Source of the DNA: Candidatus Woesearchaeota archaeon
GTDB taxonomy: Archaea > Nanobdellota > Nanobdellia > SCGC-AAA011-G17 > UBA489
DNA length: 64,000 nt
Direction of reading: 5' to 3'
NCBI GenBank assembly: GCA_964344635.1
Contig: CAYFOE010000001.1
Span: forward strand, 4,101-68,100
Position numbers and translations under genes: made by a program. The stretch's first letter is position 1, and each line of letters begins with the position of its first letter. Positions 35,417 to 44,804 of this stretch are shown piece by piece. The notes beneath the pieces are model-generated. The model was not told the DNA's origin and did no database searches. It saw only the letters and a list, made by a program, of their open reading frames with translations.

Positions 35417-36710
35417 AGTACAATGTTCTTTCAGAGAACTCTCCCCTTAGATTTTCATGATATAATTCCTTGATCTGCTCCTTAGGATAGTTACTTAAGA
35501 GCCATGCTAATTTAATGAATGCAGTCTCAGGCAAGATGTCTGTATGATTCCCCCAAACACCCGCACCTAAAATTTTACGTCCATATGAATAGACATTCAT
35601 GTTAATCCTTCCAAAAACACATTGAGTAGTCATAGCAACTGGCATTTTCTTAGTTAAGGACTTGATTGCTTTCAATGTTTTTTCGTTTTCTTTGGTGAAC
35701 TCGTCAACGCATTCAACAGGCCCATTGCCTAAGCCTGTCCCTTCTATAACTAGGCCGTCAAATTTCTTAATCGGATCCAGCATTGAAGATTGAAAATGAG
35801 GGTGGAATCTGATTATCCCCAGTTTAAGTTTTGGATCGATTAATTTTAGTTTAAGTTTTGAATCCATCCTTTCCTTATGTCTCGATTCTTGGTAAAACTC
35901 AATTCTATCCAATGTAACTCTTGCAATAGGTGTTGAATTGACAGGTTCAAAAGTATCTCTTCTTGAAGTGTGTAATTTTTTAGTCTTACAAGCAGGAAGG
36001 ACATTACAGTATTTATCTTCTGAAGAGCCATGCATACATATAGCCACTCCTGAAAAGTTTGCCTCTTTTGCAAATTTAATTGAAGTGTACAAATTAAGGA
36101 AAGCATCCGAGGAACCTCTGTCTGAAGAACGCTGGGATGCAGTAAAGATTACTGGAATACTTATCCCCTCTAAAATGAAGCTTAGAGCCGCTGAAGCGTA
36201 GGTTAAGGAATCTGTTCCTAAAGTGATTATAATACCTTGAACACCCTTTTTGACTTCTTTTTGGACAGCCTTGGCAAGTAAATTATAGTGGTTGAAATTC
36301 ATGTTACTCGACCACATATTTCTAACTAATTTAGACTCAATGTTCGCTAAGTCTTTTATTTCTGGGAACATAGAAATAATATCTTCAGGTGAAAACTGTG
36401 ACTCCACTGCCCCTGTTTCGTAATCCACCTTTGAAGCAATAGTCCCGCCAGTATGAAGAATCGAAATAGTGGGCAGTTTTTTATTAATCTTCAATTTAGG
36501 TAATTTTTTCTTCAAATTCTTAGAATTAGTTAATCTTTTTATTTCAACAATATTAGAATTCAGTATACCAATGTTATAACCAGAAGATAATTTCAATACC
36601 ACTTTTTTATCAGTAGAATCCGGTAGAACGATACCCTCAAAGGTTCTTGAATCCCTAGTAGAAATCTTAACTTTGTTATTTGGTGCTATTCTTGTTTTCA
36701 AATGGAACAC
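35409..36710 (-). CDS. gatD: Glu-tRNA(Gln) amidotransferase subunit D (asparaginase-like)
   Basis: N-terminal GatD-specific domain followed by the asparaginase core (ISILHTGGTIASKVDYETGAV, GIIITLGTDSLTYASAALSF). Confidence 0.85.
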   Translation of the reverse strand: MFHLKTRIAPNNKVKISTRDSRTFEGIVLPDSTDKKVVLKLSSGYNIGILNSNIVEIKRLTNSKNLKKKLPKLKINKKLPTISILHTGGTIASKVDYETGAVESQFSPEDIISMFPEIKDLANIESKLVRNMWSSNMNFNHYNLLAKAVQKEVKKGVQGIIITLGTDSLTYASAALSFILEGISIPVIFTASQRSSDRGSSDAFLNLYTSIKFAKEANFSGVAICMHGSSEDKYCNVLPACKTKKLHTSRRDTFEPVNSTPIARVTLDRIEFYQESRHKERMDSKLKLKLIDPKLKLGIIRFHPHFQSSMLDPIKKFDGLVIEGTGLGNGPVECVDEFTKENEKTLKAIKSLTKKMPVAMTTQCVFGRINMNVYSYGRKILGAGVWGNHTDILPETAFIKLAWLLSNYPKEQIKELYHENLRGEFSERTLYYD

Positions 36711-36843
36711 TCTCTTTTACTTTTGAATGTTTAATTTTTGATAATTGCTTAAATAATGATTTATATATTTTAAATTATATTTTACAGTTTGTTAAGTATT
36801 TATATACTAGTTACGTTACATTAATAGAATTAAAACAAGTTGT

Positions 36844-36911
36844 TCGGCTAAAACAACTATCGACATTCGTTAAGTTCGGCTAAAACTTAACCTCAACAGA
36901 TCGGCTAAAAT
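36844..36911. repeat. three direct copies of TCGGCTAAAA(C/T) in the long gatD/ftsZ intergenic region
   Basis: gTTCGGCTAAAACaa (36844), gTTCGGCTAAAACtt (36876), gaTCGGCTAAAATct (36901), spaced 32 and 25 bp, within a 365-bp non-coding region. Confidence 0.5.
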
Positions 36912-37075
36912 CTGATGTATAAGATCATAGTTTGACTAATTTTCTGGAGCGATTAAATCATTAAATCATTAAACCTCTGAGTAAGATGTAGTTGGAACTA
37001 TAATATAAAGATTATTGTGGTCCATCATACAAATATCGCAATCAAACAAAAAACCTAACGGGGGAAAAAGAAAAA

Positions 37076-38176
37076 ATGGAAAATTTAATACAAGACGCAT
37101 TAAACAATGCACCGGCTACGCCACAAAACAATATAGGAGAAGCTAACATCCGTGTTATTGGATGTGGTGGAGGAGGAAACAACATGGTTTCCTGGCTACA
37201 CAAAAAAGGAATTAAAGGTGCAAAGATTTTTGCAGTAAACACCGATAAACAACACTTAGATATGACAAGTTGTGACGGTAAGTTCCTAATCGGAACTGAT
37301 TTAACAAGAGGATTAGGATGTGGCGGATTCCCTCAGAAAGGAAGAGAAGCTGCAAAAGAATCCGTTCATGACATCAAAGGATTCATCAAAGATGCAGACA
37401 TGGTATTTGTTTGTGCAGGACTTGGCGGAGGAACAGGAACAGGAAGTGCACCAGTTGTTGCACAACTAGCTAAAGAAACAGGAGCTATTGTAATCGGAAC
37501 CGTTACAATGCCCTTCGAGATTGAGAGAGCTAGAGTTGATAAAGCAGAATTCGGTTTACAACAATTAAGAGAAGAATGTGACACAGTTATTGTTATCGAT
37601 AACAACAGACTAGTTAACATTGCAGGAAACTTACCAATTCAACAAGCATTCGCAGTTGCAAATGAATTAATCTCCACAATGATTAAAGGAATTGTTGAAA
37701 CAATCGCAGTACCTTCATTAGTTAACCTAGATTATGCTGACGTAAGAGCAATCATGTCTAACGGAGACGTAGCAATCATCGGAATTGGCGAAGCTAACAC
37801 TGATGCACGTGTTGAAGAAGCTACTAGGAGAGCATTGACTAACCCACTATTAGACGTAAGCTATGATGGTGCAAGTGGAGCCTTAATCCATGTATGTGGA
37901 GGAGACGACTTAACACTTGATGAAGTTAATAGAATCGGTGAAATAATCACTGAAGCTCTTGACGTTGACGCAAATGTAATCTGGGGAGCAAGGATTGACC
38001 CGAACATGGCTGGAAGATTGAGAATTATGACCATCATAACTGGCGTAACCTCACCTTACATCCTTGGGAAGGCAAACCATGCAGAGGTGAGCAAACAAGC
38101 AGTCCAAGTTGCAGATGACTTGGGCATCGACATGGTTGGCTATGAAAATCAGCCAACCGTTCAAAAATCATATTAA
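37076..38176 (+). CDS. ftsZ: cell division GTPase FtsZ
   Basis: IRVIGCGGGGNNMV, tubulin signature GLGGGTGTGSAPVVAQLAKE, T7 loop region. Confidence 0.9.
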   Translation: MENLIQDALNNAPATPQNNIGEANIRVIGCGGGGNNMVSWLHKKGIKGAKIFAVNTDKQHLDMTSCDGKFLIGTDLTRGLGCGGFPQKGREAAKESVHDIKGFIKDADMVFVCAGLGGGTGTGSAPVVAQLAKETGAIVIGTVTMPFEIERARVDKAEFGLQQLREECDTVIVIDNNRLVNIAGNLPIQQAFAVANELISTMIKGIVETIAVPSLVNLDYADVRAIMSNGDVAIIGIGEANTDARVEEATRRALTNPLLDVSYDGASGALIHVCGGDDLTLDEVNRIGEIITEALDVDANVIWGARIDPNMAGRLRIMTIITGVTSPYILGKANHAEVSKQAVQVADDLGIDMVGYENQPTVQKSY

Positions 38177-38177
38177 A

Positions 38178-38258
38178 GGGCAACCCCCAAAGACTGCCCT
38201 TTTCGTGTCTTGTGTTTTGCTGATGCCACTTCTAATATCGCGGCATCAGCCATTTTTT
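38178..38258 (+). terminator. two tandem hairpins + T-tracts downstream of ftsZ
   Basis: aGGGCAacccccaaagacTGCCCtttt (38178-38205), then perfect 9-bp inverted repeat GCTGATGCC-n14-GGCATCAGC (38219-38250) followed by TTTTTTCTTTTT. Confidence 0.5.
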
Positions 38259-38323
38259 CTTTTTAATAAGGTTTAAATACAAGATAACAGAGATATAATT
38301 AGAAATTATGAGGTGTTATGTAA

Positions 38324-38695
38324 ATGAAAATAAGAAAAAGTCAAAATCATCACGCATTACTTTTACCAGTTTTACTTGTTCTTGCAGCAGCATTCTTAGC
38401 GACAAGTCTGACATTTAGTGGAGAAGGTAGTGAAATTACTGGTGCAGTAGTTAATGCTGAACGCACAGGTAACTGTGAGTGGGTTAACACTTTTGGAAAG
38501 GAAATTCACTCTAAAACAACAATGTGTCCTTTAGACAAATCAACTGTTGTCTCAGGAGGATGTGATGTTGAAGGATATGGCGTAGAACTAATTTCATCAA
38601 ACTACTACAGCGATAACATTGGACAAGGCTGGAATTGCCTTACAAACAGCAAAGCTGAATCCATAAAAGCTAGCGCATTATGTTGTAAGGTTTAA
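38324..38695 (+). CDS. small secreted cysteine-rich protein (123 aa, 8 Cys)
   Basis: Signal peptide LLLPVLLVLAAAFLATS; Cys residues spread through the mature part, ends ..ALCCKV. Confidence 0.45.
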   Translation: MKIRKSQNHHALLLPVLLVLAAAFLATSLTFSGEGSEITGAVVNAERTGNCEWVNTFGKEIHSKTTMCPLDKSTVVSGGCDVEGYGVELISSNYYSDNIGQGWNCLTNSKAESIKASALCCKV

Positions 38696-38699
38696 ACCC

Positions 38700-39362
38700 T
38701 TACAATTTCTTTATTTTTTCTTTAGTCTTTCTTAGAAGACCAGAAGTTTTCAATTTTGCACGATTAGCTGCTTGAGAAACCTTTTTTGTTGTTTGTTTAA
38801 TCGGCTTAGAGATTGGCCAAATACCCTTTTGGACAACACTCTTGCCCCATTTTTCAAAAGAAACATGATGTTTAATCTCATCACGAGGCTGATCTTCATC
38901 CAAATCATTTGGGTGTCCTAACGCAATAACCATCTCAGGAATTATTCCAGAAGGAATGTCCAACTCCTCAGACAATTTCTTCCTATTGAATGCACCCACA
39001 ATTGCTGTTGCTAGGCCGTCATTAACCGCCTTTAAAGTTATGAATGCAGAAACTATTGCACAATTTTGCCTTGCATAAATCTCCCCCCTTTGAGGATAAC
39101 TGCTTTCACACTTAGAAGGATCATTACAAACAGTAATTAGTGCCGAAGCATCAGTCATCCAAGTTTGACCTTCACAAATATCTGCAATCTTTTCTTTTTT
39201 ATCTTGATCCTTAACCACAATGAAATGCCAGTTTTGGAGATTTCCTGAAGAAGGTGCAAGCGTAGACAAATCTAAAATTTCTGCAATCTTTTCAAGAGAG
39301 ACATCCTTAGGTTTAAAATCCCTACAAGTTCTTCTAGTTCTGATGGTTTCATCCAATTCCAT
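38700..39362 (-). CDS. nitroreductase-family FMN oxidoreductase with Lys-rich C-terminal tail
   Basis: RRTCRDFKPKDVSLEKIAEILDLSTLAPSSGNLQNWHFIVV nitroreductase N-terminal signature. Confidence 0.7.
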   Translation of the reverse strand: MELDETIRTRRTCRDFKPKDVSLEKIAEILDLSTLAPSSGNLQNWHFIVVKDQDKKEKIADICEGQTWMTDASALITVCNDPSKCESSYPQRGEIYARQNCAIVSAFITLKAVNDGLATAIVGAFNRKKLSEELDIPSGIIPEMVIALGHPNDLDEDQPRDEIKHHVSFEKWGKSVVQKGIWPISKPIKQTTKKVSQAANRAKLKTSGLLRKTKEKIKKL

Positions 39363-39403
39363 TCTAAGAAAGATTTATATCTCGGATTTATTTAAGTTTT
39401 GTC

Positions 39404-41080
39404 ATGGATTATTCAGAATTAGTTAAACTATATGATGATTTGGTCGGAACCGCCAAACGCCTTGAAAAAACCGAGATCATAGCTAATTTCTTGAAAAAGA
39501 CTGAAAATGATGATTTAGAAAATGTAATTTCTTTGTTAAATGGAAGAGTTTTCCCCTTGTGGGATGGGCGAAAAATAGGTTTTTCATCAAGATTGTTGAT
39601 TAGGGCAATTAGCTCTGCAAGTGGTTCAAGCCCAGAAAATATTGAAAAAGAACTGAATAAACTAGGGGATTTAGGAAATGTTGCAGAATTAGTTATTGGA
39701 ACAAAAAGTCAAAAAACACTATTCAGTGAGAAGTTAACTGTTCAAAAAGTTGTTGACAATATTAGGAAATTATCTGTTCTTGAAGGGCCAGGTTCTGTCG
39801 ATAGGAAGATCGGACTTGTTGCCGAGCTCATGACTAATGCTGGAACAGGTGAAGCCAAATACATTGCGAGAACCGTTTTAGAAGTTTTAAGAGTGGGGAT
39901 TGCTGAAGGAATTATCAAAGATGCAATTGCACAAGCATTCAATAAAGAAGTTAGTGATATCGACGATGCGTTTGATATTCTCGCAGACCATGGAGAAGTT
40001 GCAATGCTTGCAAAAGAAAACAAACTTGACAGTGTCAAACTTGAACCAGGAAGACCCTTAAAGCTAATGCTAGCTGTTCTTTCAAAAAGTGTTGAAGAAG
40101 GCTTTTCTGCAGTCGGAAGTCCTGCTGCGCTCGAATTTAAGTATGATGGTTTTAGAGTTCAAATACATAACAATAAAGGAAACATTAGTTTATATACCAG
40201 AAATATGGAAAATGTAACCGAACAATTTCCAGATGTTGTAGAGATTGTTAAAAAACATGTTAAAGTTGAAAATTATATCATCGATTGCGAAGTTGTAGGT
40301 TATAACCCCAGAACAAAAGATTACCTACCCTTCCAAAAAATATCCCAAAGAATCAAAAGAAAATATTCAACCGAAGAAATGGCAAAACAGTTCCCTGTTG
40401 AAGTTAATGCTTTTGACATAATTTATTGTAAAGGTAAAAACCTACTGAAAAAAACTTTTGAAGAAAGAAGAAAAATTCTAGAAAACATAATTGATGAAAA
40501 AGAAAAAAAGATTTCTCTTTCTAAGTTATTAATTACAAACAAAGAAAAAGAAGTTCAAGAATTTTTTAAGGAAGCAGTCGATGCAGGACACGAAGGTTTG
40601 ATGTTCAAATCATTAAGCTCACCATATAAGCCTGGAAGATACGTAGGCTATATGGCTAAACTAAAGGAAGTAATGGACGCTTTAGACCTTGCAATTGTTA
40701 AAGCTGAATGGGGTGAAGGTAAAAGAGCATCTTGGCTAACATCATTTACTGTTGCATGTAAAAACGGTGATGAATTCTTAGAAGTAGGAAAAGTTTCAAC
40801 AGGATTAAAAGAAAAATTTGAAGAAGGTGACGTTAATAATTTTGAAGGAATAACCAATGAATTGAAAAAAATAATAATCTCTACAAAAGGAAAGGTTGTA
40901 AATGTTAAACCTCAAATTGTTGTCGAAGTTTCATATGAAGAAATTCAAGAAAGTCCAACTTATACTTCAAAATATGCATTAAGATTTCCAAGAATAATCC
41001 AAATAAGGTATGAAAAACCATTAAATGAAATCAATACGTTACAAGATATTGAAAAACTTTACAATAGTCAAAACAAATAA
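39404..41080 (+). CDS. lig: ATP-dependent DNA ligase
   Basis: Adenylation motif I EFKYDGFRVQIH (KxDGxR), motifs III-V and an OB domain; 558 aa. Confidence 0.9.
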   Translation: MDYSELVKLYDDLVGTAKRLEKTEIIANFLKKTENDDLENVISLLNGRVFPLWDGRKIGFSSRLLIRAISSASGSSPENIEKELNKLGDLGNVAELVIGTKSQKTLFSEKLTVQKVVDNIRKLSVLEGPGSVDRKIGLVAELMTNAGTGEAKYIARTVLEVLRVGIAEGIIKDAIAQAFNKEVSDIDDAFDILADHGEVAMLAKENKLDSVKLEPGRPLKLMLAVLSKSVEEGFSAVGSPAALEFKYDGFRVQIHNNKGNISLYTRNMENVTEQFPDVVEIVKKHVKVENYIIDCEVVGYNPRTKDYLPFQKISQRIKRKYSTEEMAKQFPVEVNAFDIIYCKGKNLLKKTFEERRKILENIIDEKEKKISLSKLLITNKEKEVQEFFKEAVDAGHEGLMFKSLSSPYKPGRYVGYMAKLKEVMDALDLAIVKAEWGEGKRASWLTSFTVACKNGDEFLEVGKVSTGLKEKFEEGDVNNFEGITNELKKIIISTKGKVVNVKPQIVVEVSYEEIQESPTYTSKYALRFPRIIQIRYEKPLNEINTLQDIEKLYNSQNK

Positions 41081-41217
41081 CGACTAAATGATAGCAATGT
41101 TTATATACTAGCAACCAGTAATATTGGAATGTAGTTAGGATAGGGTGTCAAAAAAAGAGGAAGGGTGATACTTCTCTTTAGCTTTATTCTTTACTCAAAA
41201 TACGGGGAAGAAAATTT

Positions 41218-42036
41218 ATGATCGTCAAAGAAGAATTTTTGAACAAGACGAGGAGCCTATTTGGGCTTAATTTATATGAGGCAAGAATTTGGACTGCACT
41301 CCTTTCACGTGGAGTTTCTACTGCAGGTGAACTTTCAGACATAGGTAATGTTCCGAGATCAAGAGCCTATGATGTTTTAGAATCACTGGAAAAAAAAGGA
41401 TTCATTATGATGAAGCTAGGTAAACCAATCAAGTATCTTGCTGTCGAACCTGCCCAAGTTGTTGAAAAAGTTAAAAAATATGTTTCAGACCAAACTAGCG
41501 AGAAAATAAAAAGACTCGATGAACTAAGAGGCGGAGATGTTCTAGAAGAATTAAGTGCACTACACAAACAAGGTGTAGACTTCATCGAACCCACAGATTT
41601 AGCAGGCGCAGTTAGAGGCAGACATAATATTTACACACATCTAGAATCAATGGTTAAAGGTGCAAAAAAATCAGTTGCAATCATGACAACCTCCAAAGGA
41701 GTTATGAGAAAAATTGAAGCATTAAAACCAGAGTTAAATAAACTAAAGAAAAAAGGCGTATCTATCAGAATTGCTGCACCAGTTAGCAAAGATGCAGAAC
41801 AATCAATCAAGAGCGTTAGCAAAGATGCAGAAGTTAGACACGCAAAAGAACTAAGTGCAAGATTCTGTATTGTAGATGAAAAAGATTTAATGTTCATGGT
41901 ACTCAATGATGAAGAAGTTCATCCTACCTATGATGTAGGAGTTTGGGTCCAAACCCCATATTTTGCCTCTGCAATGCAAAACATGTTCGACAATCAATGG
42001 GACAAAATGTCTCCAGCATCAAAATTGCTTAAATAG
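41218..42036 (+). CDS. TrmB-family transcriptional regulator
   Basis: N-terminal wHTH LNLYEARIWTALLSRGVSTAGELSDIGNVPRSRAYDVLESLEKKGFI plus C-terminal TrmB-like domain. Confidence 0.7.
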   Translation: MIVKEEFLNKTRSLFGLNLYEARIWTALLSRGVSTAGELSDIGNVPRSRAYDVLESLEKKGFIMMKLGKPIKYLAVEPAQVVEKVKKYVSDQTSEKIKRLDELRGGDVLEELSALHKQGVDFIEPTDLAGAVRGRHNIYTHLESMVKGAKKSVAIMTTSKGVMRKIEALKPELNKLKKKGVSIRIAAPVSKDAEQSIKSVSKDAEVRHAKELSARFCIVDEKDLMFMVLNDEEVHPTYDVGVWVQTPYFASAMQNMFDNQWDKMSPASKLLK

Positions 42037-42071
42037 TAAGATATTTAATCTATAATTCTAGACCTGAATGT

Positions 42072-43736
42072 ATGAACTTCAAAGAAGAGCTTGCAATCTT
42101 AATTTCTAAAAAATTAAACTGCGTTTTAGGAGATGTTTTTGACCTACTAGAGGTGCCCCCCGAGACTCAATTCGGAGATTATGCATTCCCCTGCTTCAAG
42201 TTCGCTTCAAAGATGGGCAAGAAGCCAAATAAACTCGCAGAAGAGCTAGCAGGAAGCCTAAAGGACGAACTAATCGAGAATATTGAAGTCAAAGGACCTT
42301 ACTTAAACTTCTTTTTGAATAAGGAGATTTGCTCAAGAGAAATATTGAACGAGGCTTTTTTAAAAAAGAAAAAATATGGATCCTCTAAAGATGGCAAAGG
42401 CAAGACAATTCTCGTAGAATATTCCTCACCCAACATCGCTAAACCATTCGGAATCGGACACCTAAGAAGCACAGTTATCGGAAACTCCTTAAAGAAAATC
42501 TTCTCCCACAGAGGATGGAAAACCATTAGCGTGAACCATTTAGGAGACTGGGGAACCCAATTCGGTAAACTAATTGTCGCATATAAAAACTGGGGCGATG
42601 AAAAAAAATTAGAAAAAGACCCAATAAAACACCTATTAGACGTTTATGTAAAATTTCATTCTGAAGCAGAAATTAATCCCGAACTCGATGAAGAAGCAAG
42701 AAGCGAGTTTAAGAAAATGGAAGAAAACGATAAAGACAATCTAGCCCTATGGGAATTATTTAAAAAACTCTCATTGGACGAATTTGAAAAATACTACAAG
42801 ATGCTAGACATTTCTTTTGATTCATTTGCAGGAGAATCCTCATACACAAATAAAATGGAACCGGCAATTGAAGTTCTTCGAGAGAGTACTAAAACTGAAA
42901 TGAGCGACGGTGCAATGATTGTCAATCTTGAAGACAAAAATATGCCCCCATTCTTACTGAAAAAAAGCGACGGTGCAACCACATACCACACCAGAGATTT
43001 AGCTGCAGCACTCTATAGACTAGAAAAATACAACCCAGACAAGATATTATACGTTGTAGGTGCACCCCAAAAACTACATTTTGATCAACTATTTACCGTC
43101 CTTGGAAAAATGGGCCACTCAAAAGAACTATTTGAACACATCGACTTCGGACACTTCAAAGGAATTTCCACTAGAAAAGGAAGCATAATCTTCCTAGAAG
43201 AAGTACTTGATAAAGCAATCGAATTAGCCAAGAAAACCATTGTAAAAAAGAACCCAGGATTAAAAAACAAAGACGAAGTTGCACAAATGATTGGAATTGG
43301 CGCAGTAGTCTTTGCAGACTTAAGCAATGATAGAGTTAAAGACGCAGTATTTGACTGGGACAAATTCTTAAATTTTGAAGGTGAAACAGCCCCCTATGTG
43401 CAATACACACACGCAAGATGTTGTTCAATAATCAGAAAAGCCGGAACCAAAATAGGTAACACTGTAGACTTTTCAAGAGTTGAAGGCGAGATTAATTTAA
43501 TCAAACAAATTGGGAAATTTGGAGACGCATTAGATCAAGCATCAAAACAATACAAACCTTCAATACTTGCAAGATACTTACTAGATCTAAGTTCAGAATT
43601 TAATTCATTCTATGCAAAATTCAAGATCATTGGTGAAGAGGAAGAAAAATTAAGATTATTAATTGTAGATGCCGTTAGAAATGTCTTAGAAGTAGGATTG
43701 GACCTACTCGGAATTAAAGCACCTGAAGAAATGTAA
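42072..43736 (+). CDS. argS: arginyl-tRNA synthetase
   Basis: VEYSSPNIAKPFGIGHLRSTVIGNSL (HIGH region), DALRY-like anticodon-binding domain. Confidence 0.9.
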   Translation: MNFKEELAILISKKLNCVLGDVFDLLEVPPETQFGDYAFPCFKFASKMGKKPNKLAEELAGSLKDELIENIEVKGPYLNFFLNKEICSREILNEAFLKKKKYGSSKDGKGKTILVEYSSPNIAKPFGIGHLRSTVIGNSLKKIFSHRGWKTISVNHLGDWGTQFGKLIVAYKNWGDEKKLEKDPIKHLLDVYVKFHSEAEINPELDEEARSEFKKMEENDKDNLALWELFKKLSLDEFEKYYKMLDISFDSFAGESSYTNKMEPAIEVLRESTKTEMSDGAMIVNLEDKNMPPFLLKKSDGATTYHTRDLAAALYRLEKYNPDKILYVVGAPQKLHFDQLFTVLGKMGHSKELFEHIDFGHFKGISTRKGSIIFLEEVLDKAIELAKKTIVKKNPGLKNKDEVAQMIGIGAVVFADLSNDRVKDAVFDWDKFLNFEGETAPYVQYTHARCCSIIRKAGTKIGNTVDFSRVEGEINLIKQIGKFGDALDQASKQYKPSILARYLLDLSSEFNSFYAKFKIIGEEEEKLRLLIVDAVRNVLEVGLDLLGIKAPEEM

Positions 43737-44756
43737 TCATTGATTCTTATAAGTTGCAACTTCTTTATTAAGAACCACTAGATCTATTTCTGCTTCCCTG
43801 AATAAATCCCTGCTCATTTGAGCCTTGTGATACATTCTTTCTGCAACAACCCTCTTTATTCCAGAGTTAATTATCATCTTTGCACAAATATAACACGGTT
43901 CCATTTTACAATAAAGTGTTGCGCCATCAATTGAAATTCCATGCCTTGCAGCCTGAACAATAGCATTCTGTTCTGCATGAGTAGTCCTAATGCAATGCAA
44001 GCTTTTAGTGCCTTCCTTGTCATAAACTTCATTCATCAAGTGACCCACTTCATCACAATGAGGTGCGCCTATAGGACTCCCAGCATAACCAGTAGATAGC
44101 AACCTCTTATTCTTCACTATCACCGACCCACATTTTCCTCGATTACATGTCGACCTATTAGCAACTTCTCTTGTAATCTTCATAAAGTATTCATCCCAAC
44201 TAGCCCTTCTTTCTCTTTCAATAGCCTTTAGAACATTACTCCTTAAATCATCTAATGAACCCTCATTGAGAATCGTGTGTTCCGCCATAGAAATAGGACC
44301 AGCCTTGTTAATGTTCTCAATTTCTGAAAAATCTCTAGTAGTTGATTCCTCATTGTTCAAAGGCCTGATCTTTCTCGTACTTAACCTTCCATACCTTGTA
44401 GAAGGTGAAGCTTGAATTGAGAGTATGAACAATTCTGGAAACTTTTCTTTTAGAACCTTATATTCTTCCCAACTATAGAGGCCATCAATAACCACCCTTT
44501 TTCCTTCATCCCTCAGTCTTTGAATCTTAGGAAGATTTAGTACTGCATATGCAGCCATACCATGTTCCTTTCTGATACCCTCCCTAGTGATACGCTCATT
44601 TGCCTCATTGACTTCCTTTCCAGCATTTAGGATTATCTCCTCAGTAATATCGCCAAACCTTACCTTGGAATACCCCTCGCTTTCTAGAACAGTAGTTACT
44701 TCAGATTTTCCAGAACCAGTTAATCCAACTGTTGCGATAATATCAAAATTTTTTAT
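43737..44756 (-). CDS. fusion protein: N-terminal P-loop kinase domain (archaeal UPF0200/dephospho-CoA-kinase-like) + C-terminal dCMP deaminase; 5' boundary uncertain (no canonical start codon)
   Basis: Deaminase motifs HAEQNAI, CKMEPCYICAKMIINSGIKRVV. The frame stays open upstream of the track's Met (44558) through IIATVGLTGSGKSEV...VVIDGLYSWEE (Walker A kinase) to an in-frame TAA at about 44800, with no ATG/GTG/TTG in between. Confidence 0.6.
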   Translation of the reverse strand: MKNFDIIATVGLTGSGKSEVTTVLESEGYSKVRFGDITEEIILNAGKEVNEANERITREGIRKEHGMAAYAVLNLPKIQRLRDEGKRVVIDGLYSWEEYKVLKEKFPELFILSIQASPSTRYGRLSTRKIRPLNNEESTTRDFSEIENINKAGPISMAEHTILNEGSLDDLRSNVLKAIERERRASWDEYFMKITREVANRSTCNRGKCGSVIVKNKRLLSTGYAGSPIGAPHCDEVGHLMNEVYDKEGTKSLHCIRTTHAEQNAIVQAARHGISIDGATLYCKMEPCYICAKMIINSGIKRVVAERMYHKAQMSRDLFREAEIDLVVLNKEVATYKNQ

Positions 44757-44804
44757 TTTAAATCCCCCAGAATAGTAAAAAAAGAGGCAAATTAATAAGG
44801 TTTA

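Noticed and set aside
44587-44775. 62-aa plus-strand ORF
   Set aside because: Antisense to the in-frame kinase-domain extension of the dCMP deaminase gene; the minus-strand frame encodes a clear Walker A motif.
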